A stretch of 63,323 nucleotides of DNA, counting the filler. It is 8 parts of 8 records of this genome, joined end to end, with 100 filler letters (N's around TTAATTAATTAA, not from the genome) between each part and the next. Parts side by side here need not be neighbours in the genome. Positions count along the whole stretch, not along the records: positions 42,068 to 49,270 come from SRR31156797_26485; positions 49,371 to 55,881 come from SRR31156797_26490; positions 55,982 to 63,323 come from SRR31156797_26500; 5 more parts are not named here. One strand, given 5' to 3'. Made by a program: the position numbers and the translations under genes. The notes under the pieces are model-generated. The model searched no databases. It was not told the DNA's origin and saw only the letters and a list, made by a program, of their open reading frames with translations. Shown in pieces: positions 48,257 to 58,457 of this stretch (its first letter is position 1; each line of letters begins with the position of its first letter).

Positions 48257-48822
48257 AAATCAAATCTAGTTTTAAAATACTCATTAACCCTATTTTTAAA
48301 CTCTTCCATTCTTTTTTTACCTTTTGGAAGAGTTTCTCTTAAATATTTTTGCTCTTGTAAAAACTCTTTTAGATCATTTGGCAATATACTTTCTATATAA
48401 GCTTTTAATTTTCTAGTGAAGCTTGGAGAAGAACCATTTGTAGAAATTGCAATAGTTAAATCCCCCTCTTTTATATATGAAGGGAAAACAAAATCATTTA
48501 ACTCTTCAATATCACTACAATTAAATAAAATATTTTTTTCTCTTGTTTGCTTATATATCTGTTTTTGTAAGTCAATATTATTTGTAGCTACAATAACCAT
48601 ATCGAAACCATTAATATCATCATTCTCAAACTCTTTTTTTTCTAAAACTAAATTGAAATTTTCTGCATTTTTTATGACTAAATCTATACATGTTGGAGAA
48701 ACAATTTTTATACTTTTACTAAATTCTAAAACTTTTTCTAACTTTCTATTTGCCACAGTTCCACCGCCAACAATCAATACTTTTTTATCTTCAAGCTTAA
48801 AAAATAGTGGGAAATACGACAC
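48253..48822 (-). CDS. Precorrin-2 dehydrogenase / sirohydrochlorin ferrochelatase (CysG-N/SirC-like)
   Basis: YFPLF, VGGGTVANRK, IAISTNGSSP; likely GTG start at 48822. Confidence 0.9.
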   Translation of the reverse strand: MSYFPLFFKLEDKKVLIVGGGTVANRKLEKVLEFSKSIKIVSPTCIDLVIKNAENFNLVLEKKEFENDDINGFDMVIVATNNIDLQKQIYKQTREKNILFNCSDIEELNDFVFPSYIKEGDLTIAISTNGSSPSFTRKLKAYIESILPNDLKEFLQEQKYLRETLPKGKKRMEEFKNRVNEYFKTRFDF

Positions 48823-49015
48823 TTTTGACCTTTTTGTTGGATTTTTCAAATTATATTGTAATAATTTTTATTTTCTCTAAAAGTTATAAATTGCATATAA
48901 ATTATACATATAATTTCAAAAAAATTGCTTTTTTTTTCATTATAATGACTTATGCTATTTGGTTGCTACCATTAAAATATATAATAGCAACTCTAAACCA
49001 ATAAAAGGAAAAAAC

Positions 49016-49270
49016 ATGAAATTTTTAAAATCTATTTCGTTAAGTGTAGCCGCTTTAGCATTAGCTACTACTGTGTCACAAGCTGATACTTTAGATACAA
49101 CTAAGCAAAACGGTTATTTAAGTTGCGGACTAAATACAGGTCTTCCTGGATTTGCTTCTCCTGATTCAAAAGGTGTTTGGAAAGGTATCGATGTTGATGC
49201 TTGTAGAGCAGTTGCAGCTGCAATCTTTGGAGATGCTTCAAAAGTTAAATATGCTCACTTAAATGCAAAA
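49016..49270 (+). CDS. Amino-acid ABC transporter substrate-binding protein (AapJ-like), 3'-truncated
   Basis: Signal peptide; CG...GLPGF...WKGIDVDACRAVAAAIFGD; ATG 49016 with AAGGA RBS. Confidence 0.9.
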
Positions 49271-49370
49271 NNNNNNNNNNNNNNNNNNNNNNNNNNNNNN
49301 NNNNNNNNNNNNNNTTAATTAATTAANNNNNNNNNNNNNNNNNNNNNNNNNNNNNNNNNNNNNNNNNNNN
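49271..49370. other. Artificial contig linker
   Basis: N44-TTAATTAATTAA-N44. Confidence 0.99.
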
Positions 49371-50795
49371 AATATATTCGGTTTCAGGCTTTAACTTCAT
49401 TTTGAATTTTCCGCCTTTTGCCCTCACTTTAAGGTTGGTTCCATCGGTGCCAATAATCCGCATAGTAGCCCCATCCAGTTTCGAAGCTGTTTCTTTATTC
49501 AATACCTCAATCTCAACTTGATAGATTTTAGGCGGTACAACAAACGAATAAAGATCATCACCCAAAGAACCTTTTCGGTTGGAAGAAAACATTCCTTTAT
49601 CTTCACCGCTCACATAGGCTATTCCAAAATCATCAGCTGGCGAATTCATTGGCGATCCCATATTTTCAACCACCCAAATATTGTCCTCATTTTTATAAGC
49701 ATGAAACAGGTCGAGCCCTCCCTGACCGATATGCCCATTGGAAGCAAAATACAAATCACCGTTGTCACGCACAAACGGGAACATTTCATCGCCAGAAGTA
49801 TTAATTACTGGGCCAAGATTTACAGCTTTCCCAAAGGTACCACCTTGAGCAGTGGCCATCCAAATATCTTTTCCTCCCTGACCGCCCAATTTATCAGAGA
49901 CAAAATACAGCACCGAACCATCCGGACTAAGTGCAGGGTGGGCAGCGATAATGCTGTCGCCAACAATTTCTAGTTTTATGGGACCCGACCACGAACCACG
50001 CGACTGAGAAGTAGAATACAACTCTGCCCCCAAAGCCTGTGATTTATCGTAACGACAACGGGTAAATATCATTTGTTCCCCGGTTGAGTTAAGCGTTGCA
50101 GCTCCTTCCTCATCACCAGTATTTATAATCAGGTTCTCGTCCAGCAGTTTTGGTTGTTCCCATTTCTGACGCTGGACACTAAAAGTAGCCCGGAACAAAT
50201 CGGTATATTTTTTACCGGTAATCATACTTTCTTTTTTACCGGTAGCTGCTTTTCGCGACGAAGTAAAAAAGATCTCGTTGTCGCGTCCTCCCACAAAAAC
50301 AGGAGAGAAGTCGCTTCCTCGCGAATTTATTTGTTTTATGGGATTAATTATATGACGTGTTGGATTTGCAACCCACTCCTGCGTTTTGCGCATGCTTTCA
50401 ACTCCATCCAAGGCTCTTTGGTCACCCGGAACCGAATCAAGATAGGCCCTGTAAGTATCATAAGCCTCTTCGTATTTTTGTGTAATACGAAGCATATCTG
50501 CATAGTGCAATAAAGCTTCGTTTTCGGGGTAACCCAATCGAATAGCAAGCTTATAATTTTGGGAAGCATAATCGTATAAGCCAATAGCCCTGTAGCATTC
50601 CCCCAGGTTATAAGCATATTCTATTCGCTTAACCCGGCTTTTTTCTTTCTTGCGTGCTTTTCTATATTTCTCAATAGCTTTATAATATTCTCCGATATCT
50701 TGCGATAATAAGGCATCGCGTCCATGTTTGGCCGATCCACATCCACTTAAAATGATAACTATCAAAGAAAAAACAGCTAATTTAACCTGCTTCAT
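49371..50795 (-). CDS. TPR/PD40 beta-propeller lipoprotein (PorE-like), 3'-truncated
   Basis: Lipobox LSGC, TPR helices, PD40 repeats (HPALSPDG, YFASNGH, GGLDLF, NSPADDF). The expected OmpA domain lies beyond the contig end. Confidence 0.85.
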
Positions 50796-50873
50796 ACCCT
50801 ATTCAATTTCGGGAAGTAAAAGTAAAACATTTTTTAAAATAACGTCTGTTTGCCCACTTAAGTATAAACGAAC

Positions 50874-50906
50874 AAAAAAAGGCTCCTGTTTTTTTACAGA
50901 AGCCTT
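50874..50906 (-). terminator. Rho-independent terminator of glnA (type III)
   Basis: Minus strand AAGGCTTCTGT-loop-ACAGGAGCCTT followed by a T tract. Confidence 0.75.
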
Positions 50907-50932
50907 TATAAGTAAGCTTTTTGTTTTACTTT

Positions 50933-53122
50933 CTATCTCACAAACAATAATTCGCGATACTTTGGCAGTGGCCACTTTTCATTATCAACAATCAGTTCCA
51001 GCTTATCAATATGTTCACGAATTTCATCCAGGTAAGGATTAACATCAGCATCGTAAGCTTTTGATCGTTCAATAACCTCTTCCACTTTATTTGCCTTGGC
51101 CCTGGCTGCAGTCATCTCTTTTCGTTTTGCTTTTATTGCCGAAATATGACTTCCAACTTCTTTGATCAGTTCCAGACGTCCACTCGCCAACGACTGAAAT
51201 TCATCAGCAGGAAATACTTCTTTTAGAGTCTTTACATTTTCAAGCAACATAGTTTGGTACTGTACCGCTGTTGGCACAATATGGTTTATCGCAATATCAG
51301 CTAATACACGTGATTCGATCTGAATCTTCATAATGAATTTTTCATACTCTACTTCTACACGTCCTTCCAGTTCCGATTCATTAAAAATACCGTGTTTCTC
51401 CAATAGTTTTTTATTCTCTTCTTTTAAGTAAGCCGACAAGGACTCAGGAACATTTCCAATATTGGTTAATCCTCGTTTTTCGGCCTCAACTACCCATTCA
51501 TCGCTATAACCATCACCGTTAAATCGTATTGGTTTAGAATCTATGATTAAGCTTTTTAGTACCTGAAATATTGCTTCATCCTTTTTAACTCCCTTCTCAA
51601 TAAGTTCGTCCACATCTTTTTTAAACTTTTCCAACTGGTCGGCAACAGCTGTGTTTAAAATAATTAAAGCCGAAGCATTATTTGCCATCGAGCCCACAGC
51701 ACGAAATTCAAACCGATTCCCGGTAAACGCAAATGGAGAGGTTCGGTTACGGTCGGTATTATCCAGAATTATTTCCGGAATACGACCAATATTCAGTTTT
51801 AAAGCTGTTTTTTCATCAGGGGTCATCTTTCTGTCTACCACAGCTTCTTCCATTAAGTCAAGCATTGCGGAAACCTCTGATCCCAGGAATACTGAAATAA
51901 TTGACGGAGGAGCTTCGTTAGCACCCAAACGATGCTGGTTTGATGCAGTTAAAATACTTGCACGCAACAAATCCTGGTTGTCGTAAACCGCCTTTAAGGT
52001 ATTTATAACAAAGGTTAGAAACTGTAAATTAGATTTTGGATTTTTACCCGGTGAATACAAGTTAACCCCCGTATCGGTTGAAAGTGACCAGTTATTGTGT
52101 TTTCCCGATCCGTTTATTCCGGCAAATGGTTTCTCGTGGAAAAGAATGCGAAATTTATGACGACGGGCAATTTTTTGCATTATGTCCATACAGAGCTGAT
52201 TGTGGTCGTTAGCCAGGTTAGCTTCTTCATAGATCGGTGCCAGCTCAAACTGGTTTGGTGCCACCTCGTTATGACGTGTTTTTACGGGGATACCAAGCTT
52301 GTAGGCTTCGTTTTCAACATCCTGCATAAAATGATTTACACGTGTTGGGATTGATGAAAAATAATGATCGTCAAGTTGCTGATCTTTTGAAGAAGCATGG
52401 CCCATAAGTGTCCGGCCGGTAAGTACCAGGTCGGGACGTGCCATGTACAACGCTTCATCAATTAAAAAGTATTCCTGCTCCCATCCGAGGTTTGCCTGCA
52501 CACGGGTAACGTTTTTATCAAACAGCTGGCAAACTTCAGTAGCTGCTTTGTCCACCACATTTAATGCACGTAGTAGCGGTGTTTTATAGTCAAGTGCTTC
52601 GCCGGTATATGAAATAAAAATAGTTGGGATGGTTAAGGTTGTTTCGCTGATAAAAGCAGGAGAGGTAGGATCCCAGGCCGTGTACCCTCGCGCTTCAAAA
52701 GTTTGGCGAATTCCACCACTCGGGAACGACGAAGCATCGGGTTCCTGCTGAGCCAGCAGACTTCCCGAAAACGATTCAATCACGCCGCCATCTGCCCCAT
52801 GAACAATAAAAGCGTCATGTTTTTCAGCCGTTCCATCAGTTAAAGGATGAAACCAATGCGTATAGTGTGTTGCACCATTCTCAATTGCCCAGGCTTTCAT
52901 TCCCTGAGCCACCTGATCAGCCATCTTCCGATCAACAGTAGTTCCTCGTTGTACTGCATCGCTTACCGCTTTGTACGCTTCCCTTGAAAGGTACTTTTTC
53001 ATTTTTGCCTGGTCGAATACCAACATTCCGTAGTAATCGGATACCAAATTTTCTTCCCTTACAATTTCGACAGGTTCACGGTTAAGCACTTCATCAAGTG
53101 CTTTAAATCTAAATTGTGCCAT
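50933..53122 (-). CDS. glnA: Glutamine synthetase type III
   Basis: 729 aa; THYTHWFHPL, EPDASSFPSGG, HNEVAPNQFE, RLGANEAPP, DRNRTSPFAFTGNRFEFRA. Confidence 0.96.
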   Translation of the reverse strand: MAQFRFKALDEVLNREPVEIVREENLVSDYYGMLVFDQAKMKKYLSREAYKAVSDAVQRGTTVDRKMADQVAQGMKAWAIENGATHYTHWFHPLTDGTAEKHDAFIVHGADGGVIESFSGSLLAQQEPDASSFPSGGIRQTFEARGYTAWDPTSPAFISETTLTIPTIFISYTGEALDYKTPLLRALNVVDKAATEVCQLFDKNVTRVQANLGWEQEYFLIDEALYMARPDLVLTGRTLMGHASSKDQQLDDHYFSSIPTRVNHFMQDVENEAYKLGIPVKTRHNEVAPNQFELAPIYEEANLANDHNQLCMDIMQKIARRHKFRILFHEKPFAGINGSGKHNNWSLSTDTGVNLYSPGKNPKSNLQFLTFVINTLKAVYDNQDLLRASILTASNQHRLGANEAPPSIISVFLGSEVSAMLDLMEEAVVDRKMTPDEKTALKLNIGRIPEIILDNTDRNRTSPFAFTGNRFEFRAVGSMANNASALIILNTAVADQLEKFKKDVDELIEKGVKKDEAIFQVLKSLIIDSKPIRFNGDGYSDEWVVEAEKRGLTNIGNVPESLSAYLKEENKKLLEKHGIFNESELEGRVEVEYEKFIMKIQIESRVLADIAINHIVPTAVQYQTMLLENVKTLKEVFPADEFQSLASGRLELIKEVGSHISAIKAKRKEMTAARAKANKVEEVIERSKAYDADVNPYLDEIREHIDKLELIVDNEKWPLPKYRELLFVR

Positions 53123-53235
53123 GATAAAATTTATTTAAGTCTGTTGTTTTTGTCTATTATCAAAAATAACATTTTTAAACCTGATACTTGATAAAAATCA
53201 TACTTTTTTGATGGCTTGTGAAAAAATAACATACT

Positions 53236-53257
53236 ACCCCTGGGTAACAACAGGGGT
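53236..53257. promoter_or_regulatory. Palindrome between divergent GS-family genes
   Basis: ACCCCTG-N8-CAGGGGT, a GC-rich palindrome within an AT-rich intergenic region. Confidence 0.5.
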
Positions 53258-53386
53258 GTTTGCAACATTTCTTCTATTTCTGAATGACAAAAGGCTAAAA
53301 ACAATCACCCCTCATCAGAACATATTATCCACATTGTTTGCAATTTCATTAAATAGCTTCTATTTTTCTATGAAATTTAGTTACTG

Positions 53387-54742
53387 ATGAACAAACAAGA
53401 GGTACTTAAAGAAATAAAGTCCGGAATTCATACAAAGGTAAAACTAGCTGCTGTAGATATCGATGGCATCCTTCGCGGTAAATACATTCATATCGATAAA
53501 TTTGTAAATGCAATTGAAAACGGTCTTGGTTTTTGCGATGTCATATTTGGGTGGGATTGCAGCGATGCCTGTTACAACAACGGTGAAATAACCGGTTGGC
53601 ACACGGGTTACCCCGATGCCCATGCGACAATCGCAACCGAATCATTCCGAAAAATCCCTTGGGAGAATGACACCCCCTTTTTTCTTATCGATTTTGAAAA
53701 CGATAAAAAATACGCCGATACGGTTTGCTCACGGAGTCTTTTAAAGCGTGTTACCCGCCAATGTGAGAACCTCGGATACAAACCAATCTTTTCTCAAGAG
53801 TTTGAATGGTTTAATTTTTTAGGCACTCCAAGCGAAATTTATGAAAACAACTTTAAAGAAATTAAATCGATAACACCAGGAATGTTTGGATATTCCATTC
53901 TAAGAAGTTCAATAAACCAACCTTATTTTAACGACCTTTTTGATTTATTGCAGAAATTCAATATTCCATTGGAAGGCATACATACCGAAACGGGGCCGGG
54001 AGTAATGGAAGCCACAGTTATTTACGATAAAATTCTGGCGGCTGCCGACAAAGCACTGCTTTTTAAAAACGCGGTTAAAGAAATTGCTTATCGCCATAAC
54101 TTTGTTGCAACCTTTATGGCTAAATGGGATTTAGGTCTTCCAGGTTGCGGAGGTCATATCCACCAAAGTTTATGGGATACAGAAACACAAAAGAACCTGT
54201 TTTATACTGATAAAATCCCCAATGGCATTAGCGAAATAATGCAATATTACATTGCTGGTTTATTAAAATGCCTACCCGAGATACTTCCGATGTTTGCCCC
54301 AAATCCCAATAGCTATAAAAGACTTTGCGGTGGCGATTGGGCTCCACGAACCTTAACCTGGGGAATTGACAATCGGACCTGTGCAGTTCGAGCGATCCCG
54401 GGACATAATAAATCTACCCGGGTGGAAATGCGAGTACCGGGAGCGGATACCAATGCCTATCTGGCTTTGGGAGCATCGTTGGCGGCTGGACTTTATGGAA
54501 TAAAGAACAAGTTGAAACCGAGTGATCCAATCTCAGGAAATGGTTATGAAACAACCTCGAATGGCCATATACCTGCCACACTTCAGGAAGCTACAGAAAA
54601 AATGGCGAACTCAGAAATTGCCAATGAATTATTTGGAGAAGCATTTGTTCGTCATTTTACAAAAACCCGGGAATGGGAAAGTGAACAAATCGACAATGAC
54701 GATCTGCTGGCTCAGTTAAAAAGATATTTTGAAATAATATAA
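53387..54742 (+). CDS. Glutamine synthetase-like gamma-glutamyl-amine ligase (PuuA/GlnA4 type)
   Basis: DIDGILRGK, EFEW, HTETGPG, GHIHQSL, NSYKR, WAP in place of EAP, EMRVPGAD. Confidence 0.85.
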   Translation: MNKQEVLKEIKSGIHTKVKLAAVDIDGILRGKYIHIDKFVNAIENGLGFCDVIFGWDCSDACYNNGEITGWHTGYPDAHATIATESFRKIPWENDTPFFLIDFENDKKYADTVCSRSLLKRVTRQCENLGYKPIFSQEFEWFNFLGTPSEIYENNFKEIKSITPGMFGYSILRSSINQPYFNDLFDLLQKFNIPLEGIHTETGPGVMEATVIYDKILAAADKALLFKNAVKEIAYRHNFVATFMAKWDLGLPGCGGHIHQSLWDTETQKNLFYTDKIPNGISEIMQYYIAGLLKCLPEILPMFAPNPNSYKRLCGGDWAPRTLTWGIDNRTCAVRAIPGHNKSTRVEMRVPGADTNAYLALGASLAAGLYGIKNKLKPSDPISGNGYETTSNGHIPATLQEATEKMANSEIANELFGEAFVRHFTKTREWESEQIDNDDLLAQLKRYFEII

Positions 54743-54796
54743 GCTAATACCCACTAAAATTAAAACAATACATTTTTTTAGAAAGAACAATAAAAA

Positions 54797-55843
54797 ATGC
54801 AAAAATTAGATTACGCACAAATAATAAAATTTGCCTGGAAAGAATTTGACAACGACCGACACGAGATAAAAGGGGTATTTGATGTTAGTGCCCAGGTTTC
54901 AACCAACCACGTTTACAAAATTTCTTTCTATGAACGCGAACCCGTATTTGCCAAACTATCAGAGTACGGATCATACGAAGATTTCAGAGAAGATCACATT
55001 ATTATAAATAATCTGGCCAACAACCTGGAGTTTCCTTACCAAATGTTTTTGGCACAGTCGCTGGTAAAACGTAACGACCTGTTCACATACCGATATCATG
55101 AACGAGACCGAGGAGCCTGGGTGGTGTTTTATAATCCAATTCAAATCAGGAAAAAATTACCACGCAGGCTGGAGGATAAACACATAAAAAAGTTAGGACG
55201 TGAACTTGCTCGTTTTCATAAGGCCTGCACAAATGTTTCAAACCAGCTGCCACCTTCTTCAAAGAATGTTGTAACAGATATTCAAAAACTGAAACGATCA
55301 ATTTATAAAAACGAAATAAAAATGTGTTCAAATCATAAAGAAATGATTTTACAACACGCTGATAGTTTTCTTAGCAATGTAGACACTCTGAACTATACAA
55401 CCGAAATAGAAGTTATTCCTGTAATGGTTGATTGGAATATTGGCAATTTCTCAATTACCGGAGACGGTAAATTCTTTTCACGTTGGGATTATGACTGGTT
55501 CCGGATGTCGTCGCGGGTTATGGACTTTTACTTTTTTAGCCGCGTGGTATCCGATGTTGGCGACCGTACCGTGTTTAGCTACCTGGTTGATACCCTGATG
55601 GAAGATCGGTTTATGATGTTTTTAAAAGAATACCACCGGATTTTTCCATTAACCGAATCAGAAGTTAGACTAATAAAAGAGGCCTACCGTTTTTTTATCC
55701 TTAACTATGTTGTAAAAGACGGTCCTTATTTCTTTCGAAAAGAATACTCGATAAAATTGATACAGGAAGCTTATGATACTTATTTCCCTGCGCTAGATGC
55801 CAATTACAGGGTAGAAAAAATATTAAAAACATTAAAACTCTAA
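54797..55843 (+). CDS. Protein-kinase-like (APH/homoserine/choline kinase fold) phosphotransferase, uncharacterised
   Basis: LGRELARFH helix; DWNIGN resembles the Brenner DxxxxN motif; DYDW resembles DFE/DFG. Confidence 0.7.
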   Translation: MQKLDYAQIIKFAWKEFDNDRHEIKGVFDVSAQVSTNHVYKISFYEREPVFAKLSEYGSYEDFREDHIIINNLANNLEFPYQMFLAQSLVKRNDLFTYRYHERDRGAWVVFYNPIQIRKKLPRRLEDKHIKKLGRELARFHKACTNVSNQLPPSSKNVVTDIQKLKRSIYKNEIKMCSNHKEMILQHADSFLSNVDTLNYTTEIEVIPVMVDWNIGNFSITGDGKFFSRWDYDWFRMSSRVMDFYFFSRVVSDVGDRTVFSYLVDTLMEDRFMMFLKEYHRIFPLTESEVRLIKEAYRFFILNYVVKDGPYFFRKEYSIKLIQEAYDTYFPALDANYRVEKILKTLKL

Positions 55844-55881
55844 TCCTGCTGTATGAGAACAAAAAGTTTTAGAAGTGTAGT

Positions 55882-55981
55882 NNNNNNNNNNNNNNNNNNN
55901 NNNNNNNNNNNNNNNNNNNNNNNNNTTAATTAATTAANNNNNNNNNNNNNNNNNNNNNNNNNNNNNNNNNNNNNNNNNNNN
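55882..55981. other. Artificial contig linker
   Basis: N44-TTAATTAATTAA-N44. Confidence 0.99.
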
Positions 55982-57418
55982 GATATCCAGATGGTTCGTC
56001 GGTTCGTCCAGAACCAGGAAGTTCCGGGGAACGGCCAGCATACAGGCCAGCATGACCCGGCTCTTCTCCCCTCCCGAAAGGATACCCACCTTTTTCTCCG
56101 TATCATCGCCTGAGAACTGGAAGGCTCCCAGAACATTCTTGATCTCCCCCGGCGAGGCCTGGGGAAGGATCTTCGCCACTTCTTCGTAGATAGTGTTATC
56201 GGGATGGAGAGAGTCCATCGAGTACTGGGAGAAGTATCCCGTCTCCAGACTGCTCCCCAGCTCGCAGTTCCCCCCGGTAGCATCGGTCTGCCCCGTGATC
56301 AGCTTCAGAAGGGTGGACTTTCCGGCGCCGTTGACTCCCGTCAGGGCGATCTTGTTGCCACGGACGATGGTGCCGCTAATGCCGCTGAATACGGGATGCG
56401 CCCCTCCGTCGGGCAGGGGCCAGCTCTTGGCAAGATCCGTCATCTCCACTATACGGTCTCCGCTCCTTCTGGCCTCGGGCATACGGATCTTCATAAGCTT
56501 AGGGTCGGGGGGGATAACCACCCGATCCATCTTCTCCAGCATCTTCACCCTGGACTGGACCTGGGCCGCGTGGGAGGCTCTGGCGGCAAAGCGGGCGATA
56601 AACTCCTCATCCTTGGCGATGGAGGCCTGCTGGCGCTTGTAGGCGGCCACGAGCTGCTCCCGCCGGATCACCCTCTCCTTCAGATAGAAATCGTAGTCTC
56701 CCGCGTAGCTGGTCACGGCCTCACCGGCCACCTCTACGGTACGGCTGCACAGACGGGTCATAAAGTCTCTGTCGTGGCTGGTCATCATGATGGCCCCGGG
56801 GAACTCTCTGAGCCACTGCTCCAGCCAGCTGATAGACTCCACGTCCAGATGGTTGGTTGGCTCATCGATAAGAAGGACATCAGGATTGAGAAGGAGGATC
56901 TTGGCCAGGGCGATCCGCATCTTCCAGCCTCCGGAGAAGTTCTCCACCGGCTCGGACCAGCGGCCGGAACCTATCCCCAGTCCCGTGAGCACGGATTCGG
57001 CTCTCGTCTCCAGCCCGTAGCCGTCCCTGGCGAGGAACTCGGACTGGAGCTCTCCGTACTTATCCATCTCCGCATCGCTCAAAGGATTGTCCGGATCGGC
57101 CATCCGGCGCTCCAGCTCGCTGAGTTCCTCTCCGATGCGGAACACCCGTCCGGCGCCGCTCAGGGTTTCTTCCATAACGGTCCTGCCGGCCATCTCGCCC
57201 ACGTCCTGACTGAAGTAGGCCACCACCGTGCCGGGATGGATATTTACCGTTCCCTCATCAGGGCTCTCCTCTCCCGCAATCAGGCGGAACACGGTGGATT
57301 TACCGGCTCCGTTGGGGCCGACAAGGCCGATCCTGTCCTGGGGGCGTATCAGAAGGTCCGCGTTTTTGAAGAGGGTTCGGCTTCCATGGGACAGCCTGAC
57401 TTTGGATAGAGTAATCAC
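55982..57418 (-). CDS. ABC-F family ATPase (YheS/YdiF-like), 3'-truncated
   Basis: GPNGAGKST/FSGGWKMR/DEPTNHLD and GVNGAGKST/LSGGEKSR/DEPTNHLD. Confidence 0.93.
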
Positions 57419-57600
57419 CTTGAGGGTTCTCCGAATATTGGGTTTCGCATGGGATAAGTCCCGCTGGAATGCTTATTACTCCGCAGGATGCTCCGTGTCC
57501 CTTTTAAGGGACGGGTCATGCTCAGGAGCCACTCTATCCGTTTTTTTACTGATTGCCAATGCGCTGGCAGCCGGCGGCCCGACTTTTTATACTTTAGGGC

Positions 57601-58350
57601 ATGGGCTACAGAGTAACCATCCGATTCTATGAGGAATTGAACGACCTTATCCGAGGCCATCCCCTAAAGGAGGATATCCCCTTCAGCTTCCGGGACAGGC
57701 GCTCTGTGAAGGATCTGATTGAAAGCTTCGGCGTCCCCCATGTGGAGGTGGACCTGATTCTGGTCAACGGCGGGTCGGTGGGCTTTGAGTATATCGTAGA
57801 GGACGGAGACAGGATCAGCGTCTATCCCGTCTTTGAAAGACTGGACATCACAGGTCTCACCCATCTGCGGGCCGCCCCCCTGAGACAGACCCGCTTCGTG
57901 CTGGATGTCCACCTGGGCAGCCTTGCCAGGAAGCTGAGGCTTCTGGGCTTCGACTGCGACTACCGCAATGACAGGGACGATCCCGAGCTGGCCGCGATTT
58001 CTAAGGAGCAGAAACGCGTCCTCCTGACCCGGGACAGGGGGCTTCTTAAAAGAAGGATCGTCAGCCGGGGACTGATCATCCGTCGCGATGATCCTAATAA
58101 ACAGCTGACGGAGGTACTGGAGAGGGTGGATCTGAAGGAGCAGATCACTCCCTTTACCCGATGTATTGCATGCAATGGCTTGCTTGCAGATCTGCCGATC
58201 GGCAGCCCTCTTTTCGAGGAGCTGAAGTCCTCCATCCCCGCCGGAATCCTGGAACGCTACAGAGAGTTCTCCTGCTGTCCGTCCTGCCGTAAGGTATTCT
58301 GGAAGGGTTCCCATTATGACCACATAAAAGACTGGCTGAAGGGCCTCTGA
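57601..58350 (+). CDS. Ubiquitin-like + Mut7-C RNase domain protein
   Basis: RFYEELND..SVKDLIESFGVPHVEVD..NG..GDRISVYP Ub-like domain; FVLDVHLGSLARKLRLLGFD, LLTRD, RCIACN..CPSCRKVFWKGSH. Confidence 0.92.
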   Translation: MGYRVTIRFYEELNDLIRGHPLKEDIPFSFRDRRSVKDLIESFGVPHVEVDLILVNGGSVGFEYIVEDGDRISVYPVFERLDITGLTHLRAAPLRQTRFVLDVHLGSLARKLRLLGFDCDYRNDRDDPELAAISKEQKRVLLTRDRGLLKRRIVSRGLIIRRDDPNKQLTEVLERVDLKEQITPFTRCIACNGLLADLPIGSPLFEELKSSIPAGILERYREFSCCPSCRKVFWKGSHYDHIKDWLKGL

Positions 58351-58457
58351 AGGCTCCGCCCATTGAAAATGCTCTTTTTCATTTCCCTTTTTTGGTATTA
58401 CAATAGGCCCAGCGGGAGCGTCCGAAACGGGTTTCTCCCGTAATGAGGAGGAATACA

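Noticed and set aside
55853-55881. ORF start MRTKSFRSV at the contig end
   Set aside because: Only nine full codons are visible, so no product can be assigned.
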